A stretch of DNA of 64,000 nucleotides, taken from positions 64,001-128,000 of the forward strand of contig CAVUXE010000028.1 in the NCBI GenBank assembly GCA_963745235.1, given 5' to 3'. The DNA is from an uncultured Spirochaetota bacterium. Lineage in GTDB: Bacteria; Spirochaetota; Spirochaetia; SZUA-6; Fen-1364. The notes under the pieces were generated by a model. It was not told the DNA's origin. It did no database searches and worked only from the letters and a program-made list of their open reading frames with translations. This document shows positions 1 to 9,372 of this stretch, in pieces. Both the position numbers and the translations under genes were made by a program. Position 1 is the stretch's first letter, and every line of letters starts with the position of its first letter.

Positions 1-21
1 GCAGGAAACGACCAGGACCTG

Positions 22-984
22 ATGATCTCTGTCGCGGTCGACTACTACGAAAAAGAACTCTCCCAAAAGGAAATTGCCGAGAAATACAAGATTTCCCGGG
101 TAACGGTTTCCAGCTACCTCAAGCGGTCTCGCCAGGAAGGCATCGTGGACATCCGGGTGAACAAGAAGCCTTCCCTCGCGTTCTCCCTCCAGACAGAGCT
201 GCAGTCCTGCCTGGCGATGGAAAAAGTGGTGGTGTGCACCTCGGATTCGGACGAGACGCGGACGCGGATCATTGTGGGCAGGGCGGCCTCCGACCTGCTG
301 AAATCCGGTCTCCACGATGACATCACCATCGGAATCAGCTACGGCACGACGCTGTACGAGACGGTGCACCAGCTCATCGTGAGAAGGCACTTCAAGGGTG
401 TGCAGGTGGTGCAGCTCCTCGGGGCCATGGGCTCGCGGGACCCGATGCAGGACGGGTTCGAGCTGGCGAGGACGCTTGCCGTCAAGGTGGACGGCACCTA
501 CAGGATCATCCAGGCGCCGCTCGTGGTGCAGAACGAGCACCTGAAAGAGATGCTCCTGAACGAACCGCAGATCGCGGCGGTCATGGAGCTCGCCCGTTCG
601 GCGGACATGGCGATCCTCGGTGTCAGCTCGAACAGGCCGGAAATCAGCGGGATCGTCCGGGCAGGTTTTCTTTCCAGCGAGGAATCCGCCAGGCTCTACG
701 AAGAGGGCGCAGTGGGGAATGTCTGCGGCATGCACTTCGACGTGCATGGCGGAATCCTCCCGCTGTCAATGAACAACAGGACCATTGCCATAGAACCAGA
801 AGAGCTGCGGGCAATTCCCCTGCGCATTGCCGTTGCCTGCGGCATCCGAAAGGCGGACGCCATCCTTGGCGCCGTCCGCGCAGGCTTTGCAAACGCCCTT
901 GTCACGGATACGGACGCGGCCCTGACGATGATCAGCCTCATCAAGGCCGGGGATCAGGCATCAAGAGTGCCCGGCCAGGCGTGA
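22..984 (+). CDS. SorC/DeoR-family sugar-binding transcriptional regulator
   Basis: N-terminal HTH (YYEKELSQKEIAEKYKISRVTVSSYL..ARQEGIV-like) plus sugar-binding domain (GISYGTT, LVTD). The true start may lie a few codons upstream. Confidence 0.9.
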   Translation: MISVAVDYYEKELSQKEIAEKYKISRVTVSSYLKRSRQEGIVDIRVNKKPSLAFSLQTELQSCLAMEKVVVCTSDSDETRTRIIVGRAASDLLKSGLHDDITIGISYGTTLYETVHQLIVRRHFKGVQVVQLLGAMGSRDPMQDGFELARTLAVKVDGTYRIIQAPLVVQNEHLKEMLLNEPQIAAVMELARSADMAILGVSSNRPEISGIVRAGFLSSEESARLYEEGAVGNVCGMHFDVHGGILPLSMNNRTIAIEPEELRAIPLRIAVACGIRKADAILGAVRAGFANALVTDTDAALTMISLIKAGDQASRVPGQA

Positions 985-1002
985 TGAACGGACGGTCTTC
1001 CC

Positions 1003-1325
1003 CTATTGTGCGCGAGTCGAAACGAGCCTCTCGAGCTCCGTCCTGACATCGCGCACCACGATGAGAGCCAGCACCACCAGGACGGCCAGCGCCAGGGAGC
1101 ATGTTCCATAGAACAGTGAGAAGCTTCCCGTTCTGATCGGATGTCCTCCAATTGCAGCGCCGATTCCGCCGCCGCCCATAAAGGCGAAGGCCACCAGTGA
1201 CATTGCCATCCCCCGGGCTTTGGGCGCGAACTCGGTTGCGACTGTCAGCAGGGTCGAATGCGCGAGCATGAATCCCAGCCCCAGCAGGCCGATGCCGGCA
1301 ATCAGCGCGGGAAGCTGCCCGCCGG
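1003..1325 (-). pseudogene. C-terminal fragment of an MFS transporter
   Basis: Only about 3 TM helices (LIAGIGLLGLGFMLAHSTLLTVATEFAPKARGMAMSLVAFAFMGGGGIG). The N-terminal part is missing. Confidence 0.75.
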
Positions 1326-1329
1326 CCCG

Positions 1330-1483
1330 AAACGGTGGACATGTCGCTGCCGATAAGTGTGGTCAGCTCGTTGGCGCAGTGCATGTGCTCCGACAGCCTG
1401 TCGACGATGTACAGGCTGGGATGGGCCAGCGCCTTGATGACGGCGGCGCGCCGTTCGTATCTTCTTGCGGTCTTCGTATCAAT
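1330..1483 (-). pseudogene. Truncated ArsR/SmtB-family regulator
   Basis: Minus strand reads IDTKTARRYERRAAVIKALAHPS-LYIVDRLSEHMHCANELTTLIGSDMSTVS and is cut before the usual RHL of the recognition helix. The start codon is ATT. Confidence 0.75.
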
Positions 1484-1488
1484 GGTTA

Positions 1489-1523
1489 TTTGGCGGTTAA
1501 GCCAAAGTACCAGAAATTGTCAA
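1489..1523 (-). promoter_or_regulatory. Probable ArsR operator TTTGGC-N6-GCCAAA with upstream TTGACA
   Basis: Inverted repeat at 1489-1506 directly before the ArsR fragment; TTGACA on the minus strand at 1518-1523. Confidence 0.5.
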
Positions 1524-1563
1524 CAATCCAGGCGGGTCAACGGCTTCAGACTCTGACGACGTT

Positions 1564-2253
1564 TTAGTGGTGATCGCAGTCCTTCCCGTCGTGGTGACCG
1601 TGAGCATGGCCGACGCAGGCGGTGCCTGAATCCTCAAGACTCCCAGCGCTGAATCGCTCCACCGCCTCCCGTGTGCCACCCGAAACACCCCGAATTACCT
1701 CGATCCCGTGGGCATGCATGATCCGCACAGCGCCTTCGCCCATGTTGCCCGCGACCATATGGGTGACGCCCATCCGTGAGAGGATTCCTGCGATGTCCGA
1801 TTTGCAGCCGCAGCCCTCGGGCGAATCTACGCTTTCTTCGGAAGCGATTTGCCGACCTTCATCAAGGGCATACACCATGAAATGCTCGCAGTGTCCGAAA
1901 TGCTCATCCACCTGACCTTCCCGTGCGGGAACCGCTACCTTCATCAGCTGCTCTCCTTCCTCGTGAATAGCGACTTCTCCGCCTTCAATGCGGAGGAGCT
2001 TTCCATTGATGATGGCATCGGCCACCTTGCGCCGGGCCGATTCCACGATGCGCCCAAATGTCTGCCGCGAGACCGCCATTCGGAGGGCAGCGGCCTCCTG
2101 GTAGAGGCCATCCAGGTCGGCCAGGCGGATGGATTCCGCTTCGTCCAGGCTGAGGACCACTTCCGCAAGCGCGCGGCCCTGCACCCCCGCGGGCTTGAAG
2201 GCTCGGGCAGAGACGCCGCACCTTACCCGGCGCTCGTTCAAAGGACGAGCCGT
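1564..2253 (-). CDS. DUF134 HTH domain fused to a NifB/NifX (dinitrogenase FeMo-cofactor) domain
   Basis: RP..RRV...FKPAG..LSLDEAESIRLADLDGLYQE (DUF134), then MKVAVP..VDEHFGHC..GNMG (NifX-like) and a His-rich tail. The apparent start codon is ACG after GGAG. Confidence 0.85.
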   Translation of the reverse strand, partial: TARPLNERRVRCGVSARAFKPAGVQGRALAEVVLSLDEAESIRLADLDGLYQEAAALRMAVSRQTFGRIVESARRKVADAIINGKLLRIEGGEVAIHEEGEQLMKVAVPAREGQVDEHFGHCEHFMVYALDEGRQIASEESVDSPEGCGCKSDIAGILSRMGVTHMVAGNMGEGAVRIMHAHGIEVIRGVSGGTREAVERFSAGSLEDSGTACVGHAHGHHDGKDCDHH

Positions 2254-2290
2254 AACGACACTCCGTCTGGATGGCTCATTTGTCGGTCTC

Positions 2291-2319
2291 ACGATATGAG
2301 CATATGCCAATAATGTCAA
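2291..2319 (-). promoter_or_regulatory. Sigma70 promoter with palindromic TATTGGCATATGCTCATA operator
   Basis: TTGACA (2314-2319), 17 nt, TATCGT (2291-2296). An imperfect palindrome at 2295-2312 fills the spacer. Confidence 0.6.
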
Positions 2320-2347
2320 GAGACTGAAGATCCGTCAGGCAAGTCCC

Positions 2348-3016
2348 CTATATCGCTCTCATGCCCTGAGCAACTGCAACGAGCATGTCTGCCGCCGCCG
2401 CCTCGGGGTAGGCGCCGATCATCGCCTGCGGGCTTTCCCCGATGACGGTATGAGGAACACCGGAGACCTGGTACTTGTTCGCAAGATGGGGAAACTCCGA
2501 AGCCTCAACCATCGAAGCGTGCACCTTCTCCGATTCCATGGCGAAGCGGAACGCCGTGAGGACCGCCCGGGGGCAGTAGGGGCAGGTGGGAGTCACAAAT
2601 ACCTGCAAGCTCACCGGTGAGGTCAGCGATTTGAGCTTTTCTCGCGTCGTGGGGTCGAGCCCCGAATCCCCCTTTGCCACCATTTCCAGGGATTCAAGGA
2701 GAGAAGTGAACTCGTATCCTGCGGGAATACCGAAGAACCTTATCCCATAATCCTCCCCCGTGCCGCTGAGCACCGCGAGCGCTGGTGCCTTGTCGATCCC
2801 CATCCGATCGGCCTTCATCTTGTCTCTGACCAGGTCGAAGAGCTCCGTCGTGACTTTGCCCTCGGATAATCCAGCGACTTCCTCCGCCAATTCGCGGGTT
2901 TGCCGGCAATACTCGCATTCGAGCTCCTGGGTGAAAATCGCGAAAATCACCCGGCCCGGCAGCTTTGCCAACCTTTCCCGAACAGCTTTCGCATCCTTGT
3001 CGTTGATAAGAGCCAT
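2348..3016 (-). CDS. Protein disulfide oxidoreductase (two thioredoxin/glutaredoxin folds, AhpF-NTD-like)
   Basis: CEYC and CPYC motifs, GIPAGYEF, VSGVP. Confidence 0.9.
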   Translation of the reverse strand: MALINDKDAKAVRERLAKLPGRVIFAIFTQELECEYCRQTRELAEEVAGLSEGKVTTELFDLVRDKMKADRMGIDKAPALAVLSGTGEDYGIRFFGIPAGYEFTSLLESLEMVAKGDSGLDPTTREKLKSLTSPVSLQVFVTPTCPYCPRAVLTAFRFAMESEKVHASMVEASEFPHLANKYQVSGVPHTVIGESPQAMIGAYPEAAAADMLVAVAQGMRAI

Positions 3017-3106
3017 ACGTTCCTCCCTGCCGAGTATGTCGCGTGTCTTCACCCGGCGGCGCGGCGCGCTGCACTGCTCACGCCGGCCGCCAGTCGAAGG
3101 ACCTTG

Positions 3107-3316
3107 TCAGGCAGCGCTCTTCCTCTTGGTCGACAGCCCAAAAGGAAGATACAACGGGCACACTCCCACGATCCCGGTCACCAGGAAGACGACCGCAAGG
3201 ATCCCAAGGATGATGGCCGCGACCACTGAAAGCTGGTGTGTGAAGTATAATGCCGCCACCACGGCCGCAAGCACGATCCTTCCCACCCTGTCCCCAATTC
3301 CCATGTTCTGTTTCAT
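3107..3316 (-). CDS. DUF2892/YgaP-family small membrane protein
   Basis: MKQNMGIGDRVGRI...TGIVGVCPLY.PFG.ST signature. Confidence 0.85.
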   Translation of the reverse strand: MKQNMGIGDRVGRIVLAAVVAALYFTHQLSVVAAIILGILAVVFLVTGIVGVCPLYLPFGLSTKRKSAA

Positions 3317-3411
3317 CGCTTTCCTCCTCCGAAGAATTGATTGCAGTCATAACGTAAAGGAAGGAAGCGAATTCATCAGTGACTTTCGTCACGTAGCGCG
3401 GGGTTTTCAGT

Positions 3412-5898
3412 TCAAAGCCCGAGTCGCTTGAAAATATAGTACTTGGGCAACTCTACGGCGAGAGTGAAGAGTCCTGAGAATGCCAGCACGAACAGCACAG
3501 GGAAGACGCCAAGTCCCTGAATGATTCCTCCAAAAATGCCAAGGAGGGAAAAGACCACAATGGCAGCCGTAGAGGAGATGAGGATGCCCCGGCCCGGCCG
3601 GGAATCCCAGAAGTGACGCCTCTCGCGCACGAGGTAAATCCTGAACTGACTTGTGAAAACGAGCATCAACAGAACGAAGGTGCGCAACCCTTCACCATTC
3701 AGATGGAAAAGGTTCCTGCCAGTCAGAATGGTGAGCCACCCTTCCAGGATGAAGAAAACCCCGATTCCCGCGGAGGCCAGGGTGACGTTCTTCACGTTCC
3801 AGTTGTTGGGATTTCTGGTGTACTTCACGTTGTCCGTGGAGAGCGTCATGGTCACAAAGTCGTTGGCGAACACCAGGAGCGCCATGCCAAGGAGAGAAAC
3901 CACAAGGTCATGCAGCCAGAAAAAGCCCAGGGTCAGGATTCCGACCAGCTGGATCGTCTTCGTGACTTTGTTGATGACCCAGGTGAGCATCCGCTGGTAG
4001 ATCTGCCGGCTTGACTTCAGCGCGTCGATGATGACCCTGATGCCCGGCTCGGTGAGAACCATGCTCGCCGATGCCTTGGCCACATTCGTGGCGCCTTTGA
4101 CCGCGATGCCGACCTCAGCCTGCTTCAGTGCAGGCGCGTCATTGACACCATCACCGGTCATCCCTGAGATGTGCCCGTGCCCCTGCAGGAGCTTTACGAT
4201 TTTGTACTTATCCTCCGGATAGACTTCCGCCAGCACGTCGCATCCCTGGACAATCCGCATCTGCTCGGGCTCGCTGGAGGCCGTGAGCTCTCCCATGCGC
4301 ATGACGGTTTCGCCAATGCCTAGTTCCAACGACATTTGTCGGGCGATTGCGATGTTGTCGCCGGTGACCATGATGGGCTTTACGCCGAGAGTCCTGGCCT
4401 CCTCTATCATCTGCTTTGCATCGGGGCGGGGCGGATCGGCCAGGGCCAGCAGGCCAACCAGCTCGAAGTCATCCCCGTCCGCGGAGCGGGATCTCGCCAC
4501 CGCCAGGGTTCTGGACCCTTTTCGAGACAGAGTTTCTACCATGTCGCCGGCCGCCTTCACAATTGCGCCGTCCGTGAGGCGGGAAAGGGAGAGCACCACC
4601 TGGGGAGCGCCCTTCACCGCCCGGAAACGGTTTGCGCCTTCCTGGATGAGCGCTTCGGAACGCTTGGTGGCGGGCTCGAATGGCGTAACCGAAATCTGGC
4701 GGTATTCCGAGTTGCTGATACCGGCGGCGCCGGCGCGCTCGCGAACCGCCATGTCGAGGCCGTCCTTGCTCTCCGGCTGCGCGGTAAGAGCGGCCATCCC
4801 GAGTACATCTTTTACCTCATGCCCCGCATACGGAATGACTTCGGTCACTGAAAGCTGGTTCATTGTGAGCGTGCCGGTCTTGTCGAGACAGAGCACATCG
4901 AGAGATGCCGCGTCTTCCATGGAGTCGAGGCGGGTGACCAGCACTCCTTTCCTGACAAGCTCCATTGCGCCGACCGCCTGTACGATGGTAAGAACCGCAG
5001 GCAGAGCCACCGGCACGGCGCCCATGAGGAAAATCACTGCAAAGGTAACGACCGACAGTACTCCGATCTTCATCAGCAGGGCGCCAACGGCAACAGCGAC
5101 AAGCGCCGCGATTCCGAGGAACATCATGTATCTCACGATGGACAGCATGATCTGTTCCTGGTGGGACTTCGGTTGCGCGGTCTGCACAAGCTCCGCGGTC
5201 CGACCGAAGTAGGTGTTGCTCCCCGTGTTGACCACGAGGCAGTGAGCCTCTCCGCGCTTCACGACCGAACTTGAGTAGAGGATGTCCGACGGTCCAACCT
5301 CCACAGGAAGCGATTCGCCCGTCAATGCGGACTGATCCACGGACAGTGCGCCGCGCAGGACCTTGGCATCCGCAGGGACGATGTCCCCCATCTGGACCAC
5401 AGCAATATCTCCCGGCACGATCTCGGATACGTCTCTGGTAACCCACGCGCCCCCGCGACGCACCACGGCATTGACGGCCAGCCTTTCCTTGAGCAGCTCA
5501 AGGGCTCTCTGTGAGTTTCTGGAATGAAGGAAACCGATGATCGCGTTGGTCACGATCAGGATTGCAATGATGACGGCTTCCAGGTCATGTCCAAGAAAAA
5601 CAGAGAGAGCGATCGCCAGCTCCAGCAGCCACGGCATTGGCCCCCAGAACCGGGACAAGAACTCGATGATCGGGTTCTTCTTCCTGGCGGCGACTTCGTT
5701 CCTGCCGTATGTCTTCAGCCTCTTCTCGACCTCAGCCTCGTCGAGACCCTCGACGACTGATCCCAGCGCTCGAAGGGCATCTTCAATGGGCATCGTCTTG
5801 TATTCGGTGGTTCCTTTTGCGGCTGGTCCGTCGACTCCGGGCTCGGCTGAGGGGCTTTCTTCCATGATTTTTCTCTCCACGTAGAGAATATAGCTCAC
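3412..5898 (-). CDS. Plasma-membrane-type H+-transporting P-type ATPase (type IIIA)
   Basis: TGES, PVALP in TM4, DKTGT phosphorylation site, KGAP, MTGDGVNDAPALK, FANDFVTM in TM6. The start may be the second Met near 5865. Confidence 0.9.
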   Translation of the reverse strand: MSYILYVERKIMEESPSAEPGVDGPAAKGTTEYKTMPIEDALRALGSVVEGLDEAEVEKRLKTYGRNEVAARKKNPIIEFLSRFWGPMPWLLELAIALSVFLGHDLEAVIIAILIVTNAIIGFLHSRNSQRALELLKERLAVNAVVRRGGAWVTRDVSEIVPGDIAVVQMGDIVPADAKVLRGALSVDQSALTGESLPVEVGPSDILYSSSVVKRGEAHCLVVNTGSNTYFGRTAELVQTAQPKSHQEQIMLSIVRYMMFLGIAALVAVAVGALLMKIGVLSVVTFAVIFLMGAVPVALPAVLTIVQAVGAMELVRKGVLVTRLDSMEDAASLDVLCLDKTGTLTMNQLSVTEVIPYAGHEVKDVLGMAALTAQPESKDGLDMAVRERAGAAGISNSEYRQISVTPFEPATKRSEALIQEGANRFRAVKGAPQVVLSLSRLTDGAIVKAAGDMVETLSRKGSRTLAVARSRSADGDDFELVGLLALADPPRPDAKQMIEEARTLGVKPIMVTGDNIAIARQMSLELGIGETVMRMGELTASSEPEQMRIVQGCDVLAEVYPEDKYKIVKLLQGHGHISGMTGDGVNDAPALKQAEVGIAVKGATNVAKASASMVLTEPGIRVIIDALKSSRQIYQRMLTWVINKVTKTIQLVGILTLGFFWLHDLVVSLLGMALLVFANDFVTMTLSTDNVKYTRNPNNWNVKNVTLASAGIGVFFILEGWLTILTGRNLFHLNGEGLRTFVLLMLVFTSQFRIYLVRERRHFWDSRPGRGILISSTAAIVVFSLLGIFGGIIQGLGVFPVLFVLAFSGLFTLAVELPKYYIFKRLGL

Positions 5899-5933
5899 GG
5901 GGGTAGTGCGTGGATAAAGCGTCGGCCGGCCCC

Positions 5934-7265
5934 CTATATGAGGGCCCGGTAAGGATTCTCCAGCAGGGCCACCAGCTTCTGCAGAAAGAGCGCGCCTTGC
6001 GCGCCGTCGATCACCCGGTGGTCCACCGAAAGGCTCAGCGTCATGAGCTTGCGCTCCTTTGGCTGACCCGCGTCCAGGTAGACTTCCGTTCGTGCCGCGT
6101 TGACCCCAAGGATGGCTCCTTCGGGGGGGTTGATGAGCGGCGTGAAAGACGTGATTCCGTACATGCCGAGATTGCTCACGGTGAAAGTGCCGCCCGTCAT
6201 CTCATCCGGGGTGAGCTTGCGCTCGCGAGCTCGCGTGACGATGCCGGCGGACTGCGCTGCGAGGACCGAAAGAGTGAGCTTGTCCGCTCCGCGGATCACC
6301 GGCACGATCAGGCCGGTTTCCAGGGCAACAGCCATGCCGAGGTTCACGGCGTTATGCTGCACTATTTCCTGGCCGTCGATGCTGCACAGCATGTACGGAG
6401 CTTCCACCAGGGCCGCGGCTGTTGCCTTCATGACGAAATCATTCACTGTGATGGCGAGGCCGGCCTCCGCGTTGATCCTGCTTCGAAAGGCAAACAGAGA
6501 GGTCACATCCGCCTGCGTGTCCAGCGTGAACTGGGGAATGGTGAGATGGCTCTCCACCATGCGTTGGGTGATGATTTTTCGCGCTCCGGTCAGCGGCGTA
6601 CGAGTGGCATCGGGCTGCGGATGCTCAGCAACCGCTCGCGCCACATCCTGTCGAAGGATCCTTCCCCCCGGACCGGTTCCCGTCAAAGTGGTCGGATCGA
6701 TTCCCTCCTGCTGCGCAACCTTGCGTGCCAGAGGTGAGACACTTGCGGTACGACGAGCGCCTGCGAGGGCTTCCACGTCCCGACGCCGTATCTCGCCTTC
6801 GGGGCCGGTTGGCGTCGCGGCCTCCAGTGCCACATCCAGCTCTCTGGCGCGCATGCGCGCGGCAGGGGTAGCCATGAGCTTGCCGGCCGCGGCAGGGGGG
6901 GCTTGCGCTGTCGGAGGGGCTGGAACTGCTTGGGCAAGTGTGGCTTGGGCCGGCGCGGAGCCTGGTGACGATTGGGCTGGCGCAGAGGCTGGCGAGGGAG
7001 CTGGCGAATCCGTGGGCGGCTTCTCGCCCTTTGCGCCGATGAACCCGATCTGCTCGGTCACCGCCACCTCGTCTCCCGGCTTGCGCAGGATCGCAATGAG
7101 GTATCCCGAGACCTCCGCCTCGACGTCCATCGCCACCTTGTCTGTCTGGATCTCCAGGAGCGGCTCCCCGGCTGTGACAGGGTCTCCGACATTCTTGAAC
7201 CACCTGATGATGGTTCCTGTCTCCATTGCCATGCCCGCCTTGGGCATGATCACTCTCGTTGCCAT
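5934..7265 (-). CDS. Dihydrolipoamide acyltransferase (E2) with one lipoyl and two subunit-binding domains
   Basis: Lipoyl TDKV, Pro/Ala linker, two PxAR...TGP.G.I...DV domains, catalytic DHRVIDG. Confidence 0.9.
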   Translation of the reverse strand: MATRVIMPKAGMAMETGTIIRWFKNVGDPVTAGEPLLEIQTDKVAMDVEAEVSGYLIAILRKPGDEVAVTEQIGFIGAKGEKPPTDSPAPSPASAPAQSSPGSAPAQATLAQAVPAPPTAQAPPAAAGKLMATPAARMRARELDVALEAATPTGPEGEIRRRDVEALAGARRTASVSPLARKVAQQEGIDPTTLTGTGPGGRILRQDVARAVAEHPQPDATRTPLTGARKIITQRMVESHLTIPQFTLDTQADVTSLFAFRSRINAEAGLAITVNDFVMKATAAALVEAPYMLCSIDGQEIVQHNAVNLGMAVALETGLIVPVIRGADKLTLSVLAAQSAGIVTRARERKLTPDEMTGGTFTVSNLGMYGITSFTPLINPPEGAILGVNAARTEVYLDAGQPKERKLMTLSLSVDHRVIDGAQGALFLQKLVALLENPYRALI

Positions 7266-7278
7266 CGCGCGGCTCCCG

Positions 7279-8256
7279 TTACCTGAGAAGGTCCCGAGCC
7301 GCCCGCTCGATCTTCTCAGGGGTCGGTACGGCATTGCGCTCGAGGTTCGGATTGTACGGGATGGGAATGTCGAAACCTGCCACCCTCCTGATGGGCGCAT
7401 CCAGGTGATAGAAAGCCTTGCTGTCGGCCACCACAGCGGCGATCTCTCCCCCGTAGCCGGCGGTCTGCACCGCTTCGTGCACGATGAGAAGCCGGCCCGT
7501 CTTGATGACGCTCTGGATAATGGCTTCCTTGTCCAGTGGAACGAGCGTCCGGGGATCAAGAACTTCAATGCTCTTTCCTTCCGCGGCGAGCTTCTCAGCA
7601 ACCTCCAGGCACATGGCAACCATGCGGCCCCACGTGACGATGGTGAGGTCCGTTCCCTCCCGCTTCACGTCTGCCTGGCCGAGGGGAATCGTATATTCCT
7701 CCTGGGGAACCGGCCCCTTCTTTCTATAGAGAAGCTTCTGCTCCAGAAACACCACGGGGTTGTTGTCCCGGATAGCGCTCTTCAGGAGCCCTTTTGCATC
7801 ATAGGGAGTGGAAGGAATCACCACCTTCAGGCCGGGAATGTGACAGTAGAGGGCTTCCTGGCTCTGGGAATGCTGCGCTGCCGCGCCTGTTCCCGAGCCG
7901 GCCGGTGCGCGAACAACCATGGGCACCTGGGCGCGCCCTCCGAACATGTAGCGCATCTTTGCTGCCTGGTTGCCAAGCTGGTCCAACCCGATGGCAATGA
8001 AATCGCTGAACTGGATCTCGGCGATCGGGCGACTTCCTGTTACCGCCGCACCCGCGGCTGCGCCAATTATCGCCGCCTCAGAGATGGGGGTGTCCCGCAC
8101 GCGCTCGGGCCCGAACTCTTCGATCATCCCCACCGAGACGCCGAAGGCTCCGCCGTAGACGCCGATGTCCTCCCCCATGAAGAAGACGTTCCTGTCCCGG
8201 CGCATTTCCTCGCTCATGGCCTCGCGGATGGCCTCCGCGTACGTTATCTCCCGCAT
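7279..8256 (-). CDS. 2-oxoacid/acetoin dehydrogenase E1 beta subunit
   Basis: [30 protein letters not shown]. Confidence 0.92.
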   Translation of the reverse strand: MREITYAEAIREAMSEEMRRDRNVFFMGEDIGVYGGAFGVSVGMIEEFGPERVRDTPISEAAIIGAAAGAAVTGSRPIAEIQFSDFIAIGLDQLGNQAAKMRYMFGGRAQVPMVVRAPAGSGTGAAAQHSQSQEALYCHIPGLKVVIPSTPYDAKGLLKSAIRDNNPVVFLEQKLLYRKKGPVPQEEYTIPLGQADVKREGTDLTIVTWGRMVAMCLEVAEKLAAEGKSIEVLDPRTLVPLDKEAIIQSVIKTGRLLIVHEAVQTAGYGGEIAAVVADSKAFYHLDAPIRRVAGFDIPIPYNPNLERNAVPTPEKIERAARDLLR

Positions 8257-8272
8257 TCCATTTCCCCTGTCG

Positions 8273-9280
8273 TCATTCGGCATAGACGTCGGTGGTGAGC
8301 TCGTCGATCGACGGCTCGGGGCACGACTCTGCGTAGGCCACGGCCTCCTCTATGCTCTGCCTGCCCTGGCTTTCCAGCTCCAAAAGCTGTGCGTCGGTGA
8401 ATTGACCGCCCTCAAGGAGCCGCGCTCGCATGCGCGGGATCGGGTCCCGCTCCTTCCATTCGGCGATTTCCTCTTTCGTGCGATAGCGGTTTGCATCACT
8501 TTTCGAATGGCCTGTGTAGCGATACGTCTCTGCTACGATCAGGACGGGTCCGTTCTTGATGACATGCTGTCGGGCTTCCGCGACCGCCGTGAAGACGGCA
8601 AAGACGTCATTTCCGTCCACGCGTTTTCCCGGAATCCCATAGGCGCGCGCACGCTCGGAGAGATCCGCCAGGTTGGTGGACTTGTGGATGCTCATCGACA
8701 TGCCGTACTGGTTGTTCTCACATATGTAGATCACGGGAAGCTTCCATACCGAGGCCAGGTTCACAGACTCGTGGAACGTGCCCTCGTTGATGGCACCGTC
8801 CCCGAAGAAGCAGACCACCACCTTCTCCTCACCGCGGAGCTTGACAGTGATGCCTGCGCCTGTGGCAATGGGGATTCCTCCCCCTACCACACCGTTGGCG
8901 CCGAGGTTTCCCCGGGAAAGGTCAGCGATGTGCATGGAGCCGCCCTTCCCTCTGCAGTACCCGTCCTCTTTGCCGAGAAGCTCTGCCATCATCCGCTTGA
9001 GGTCGATGCCCTTCGCGATGGTGTGCCCGTGCCCCCGGTGCGTGCTCGCGATGATGTCATCATCCCGAAGGGCGGCAATGGCGCCGACCGCGGTGCCTTC
9101 TTCGCCGATGTACAGGTGGGTCGTGCCGTGGACCATTCCGCGGGAGAAGAAGTATGCGACCTTCTCTTCGAATGCGCGAATCTGCAGCATCTTCAGGTAC
9201 ATGTCCTGGAGGCGGCCCCGGGGGATTTCCGGTGCGCCTTTCCGTGCGCCGACCGCCGCGCGGCTGGAAACAGTGGGCAT
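8273..9280 (-). CDS. 2-oxoacid/acetoin dehydrogenase E1 alpha subunit (TPP-dependent)
   Basis: [25 protein letters not shown] motif GDGA..ENNQY, TYR..GHS. Confidence 0.92.
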   Translation of the reverse strand: MPTVSSRAAVGARKGAPEIPRGRLQDMYLKMLQIRAFEEKVAYFFSRGMVHGTTHLYIGEEGTAVGAIAALRDDDIIASTHRGHGHTIAKGIDLKRMMAELLGKEDGYCRGKGGSMHIADLSRGNLGANGVVGGGIPIATGAGITVKLRGEEKVVVCFFGDGAINEGTFHESVNLASVWKLPVIYICENNQYGMSMSIHKSTNLADLSERARAYGIPGKRVDGNDVFAVFTAVAEARQHVIKNGPVLIVAETYRYTGHSKSDANRYRTKEEIAEWKERDPIPRMRARLLEGGQFTDAQLLELESQGRQSIEEAVAYAESCPEPSIDELTTDVYAE

Positions 9281-9372
9281 TGTCGACCTCGACTCTCTCA
9301 AGGGGCGCGATACACAGGTGAAATTTCTTGCACCCCTTGCAATTTATTACGTTTACAGGGTATCCTTGCGCC

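Noticed and set aside
1564-2253. Nitrogen fixation inferred from the NifX-like domain
   Set aside because: The domain is widespread in non-diazotrophs and no nif structural genes are present.
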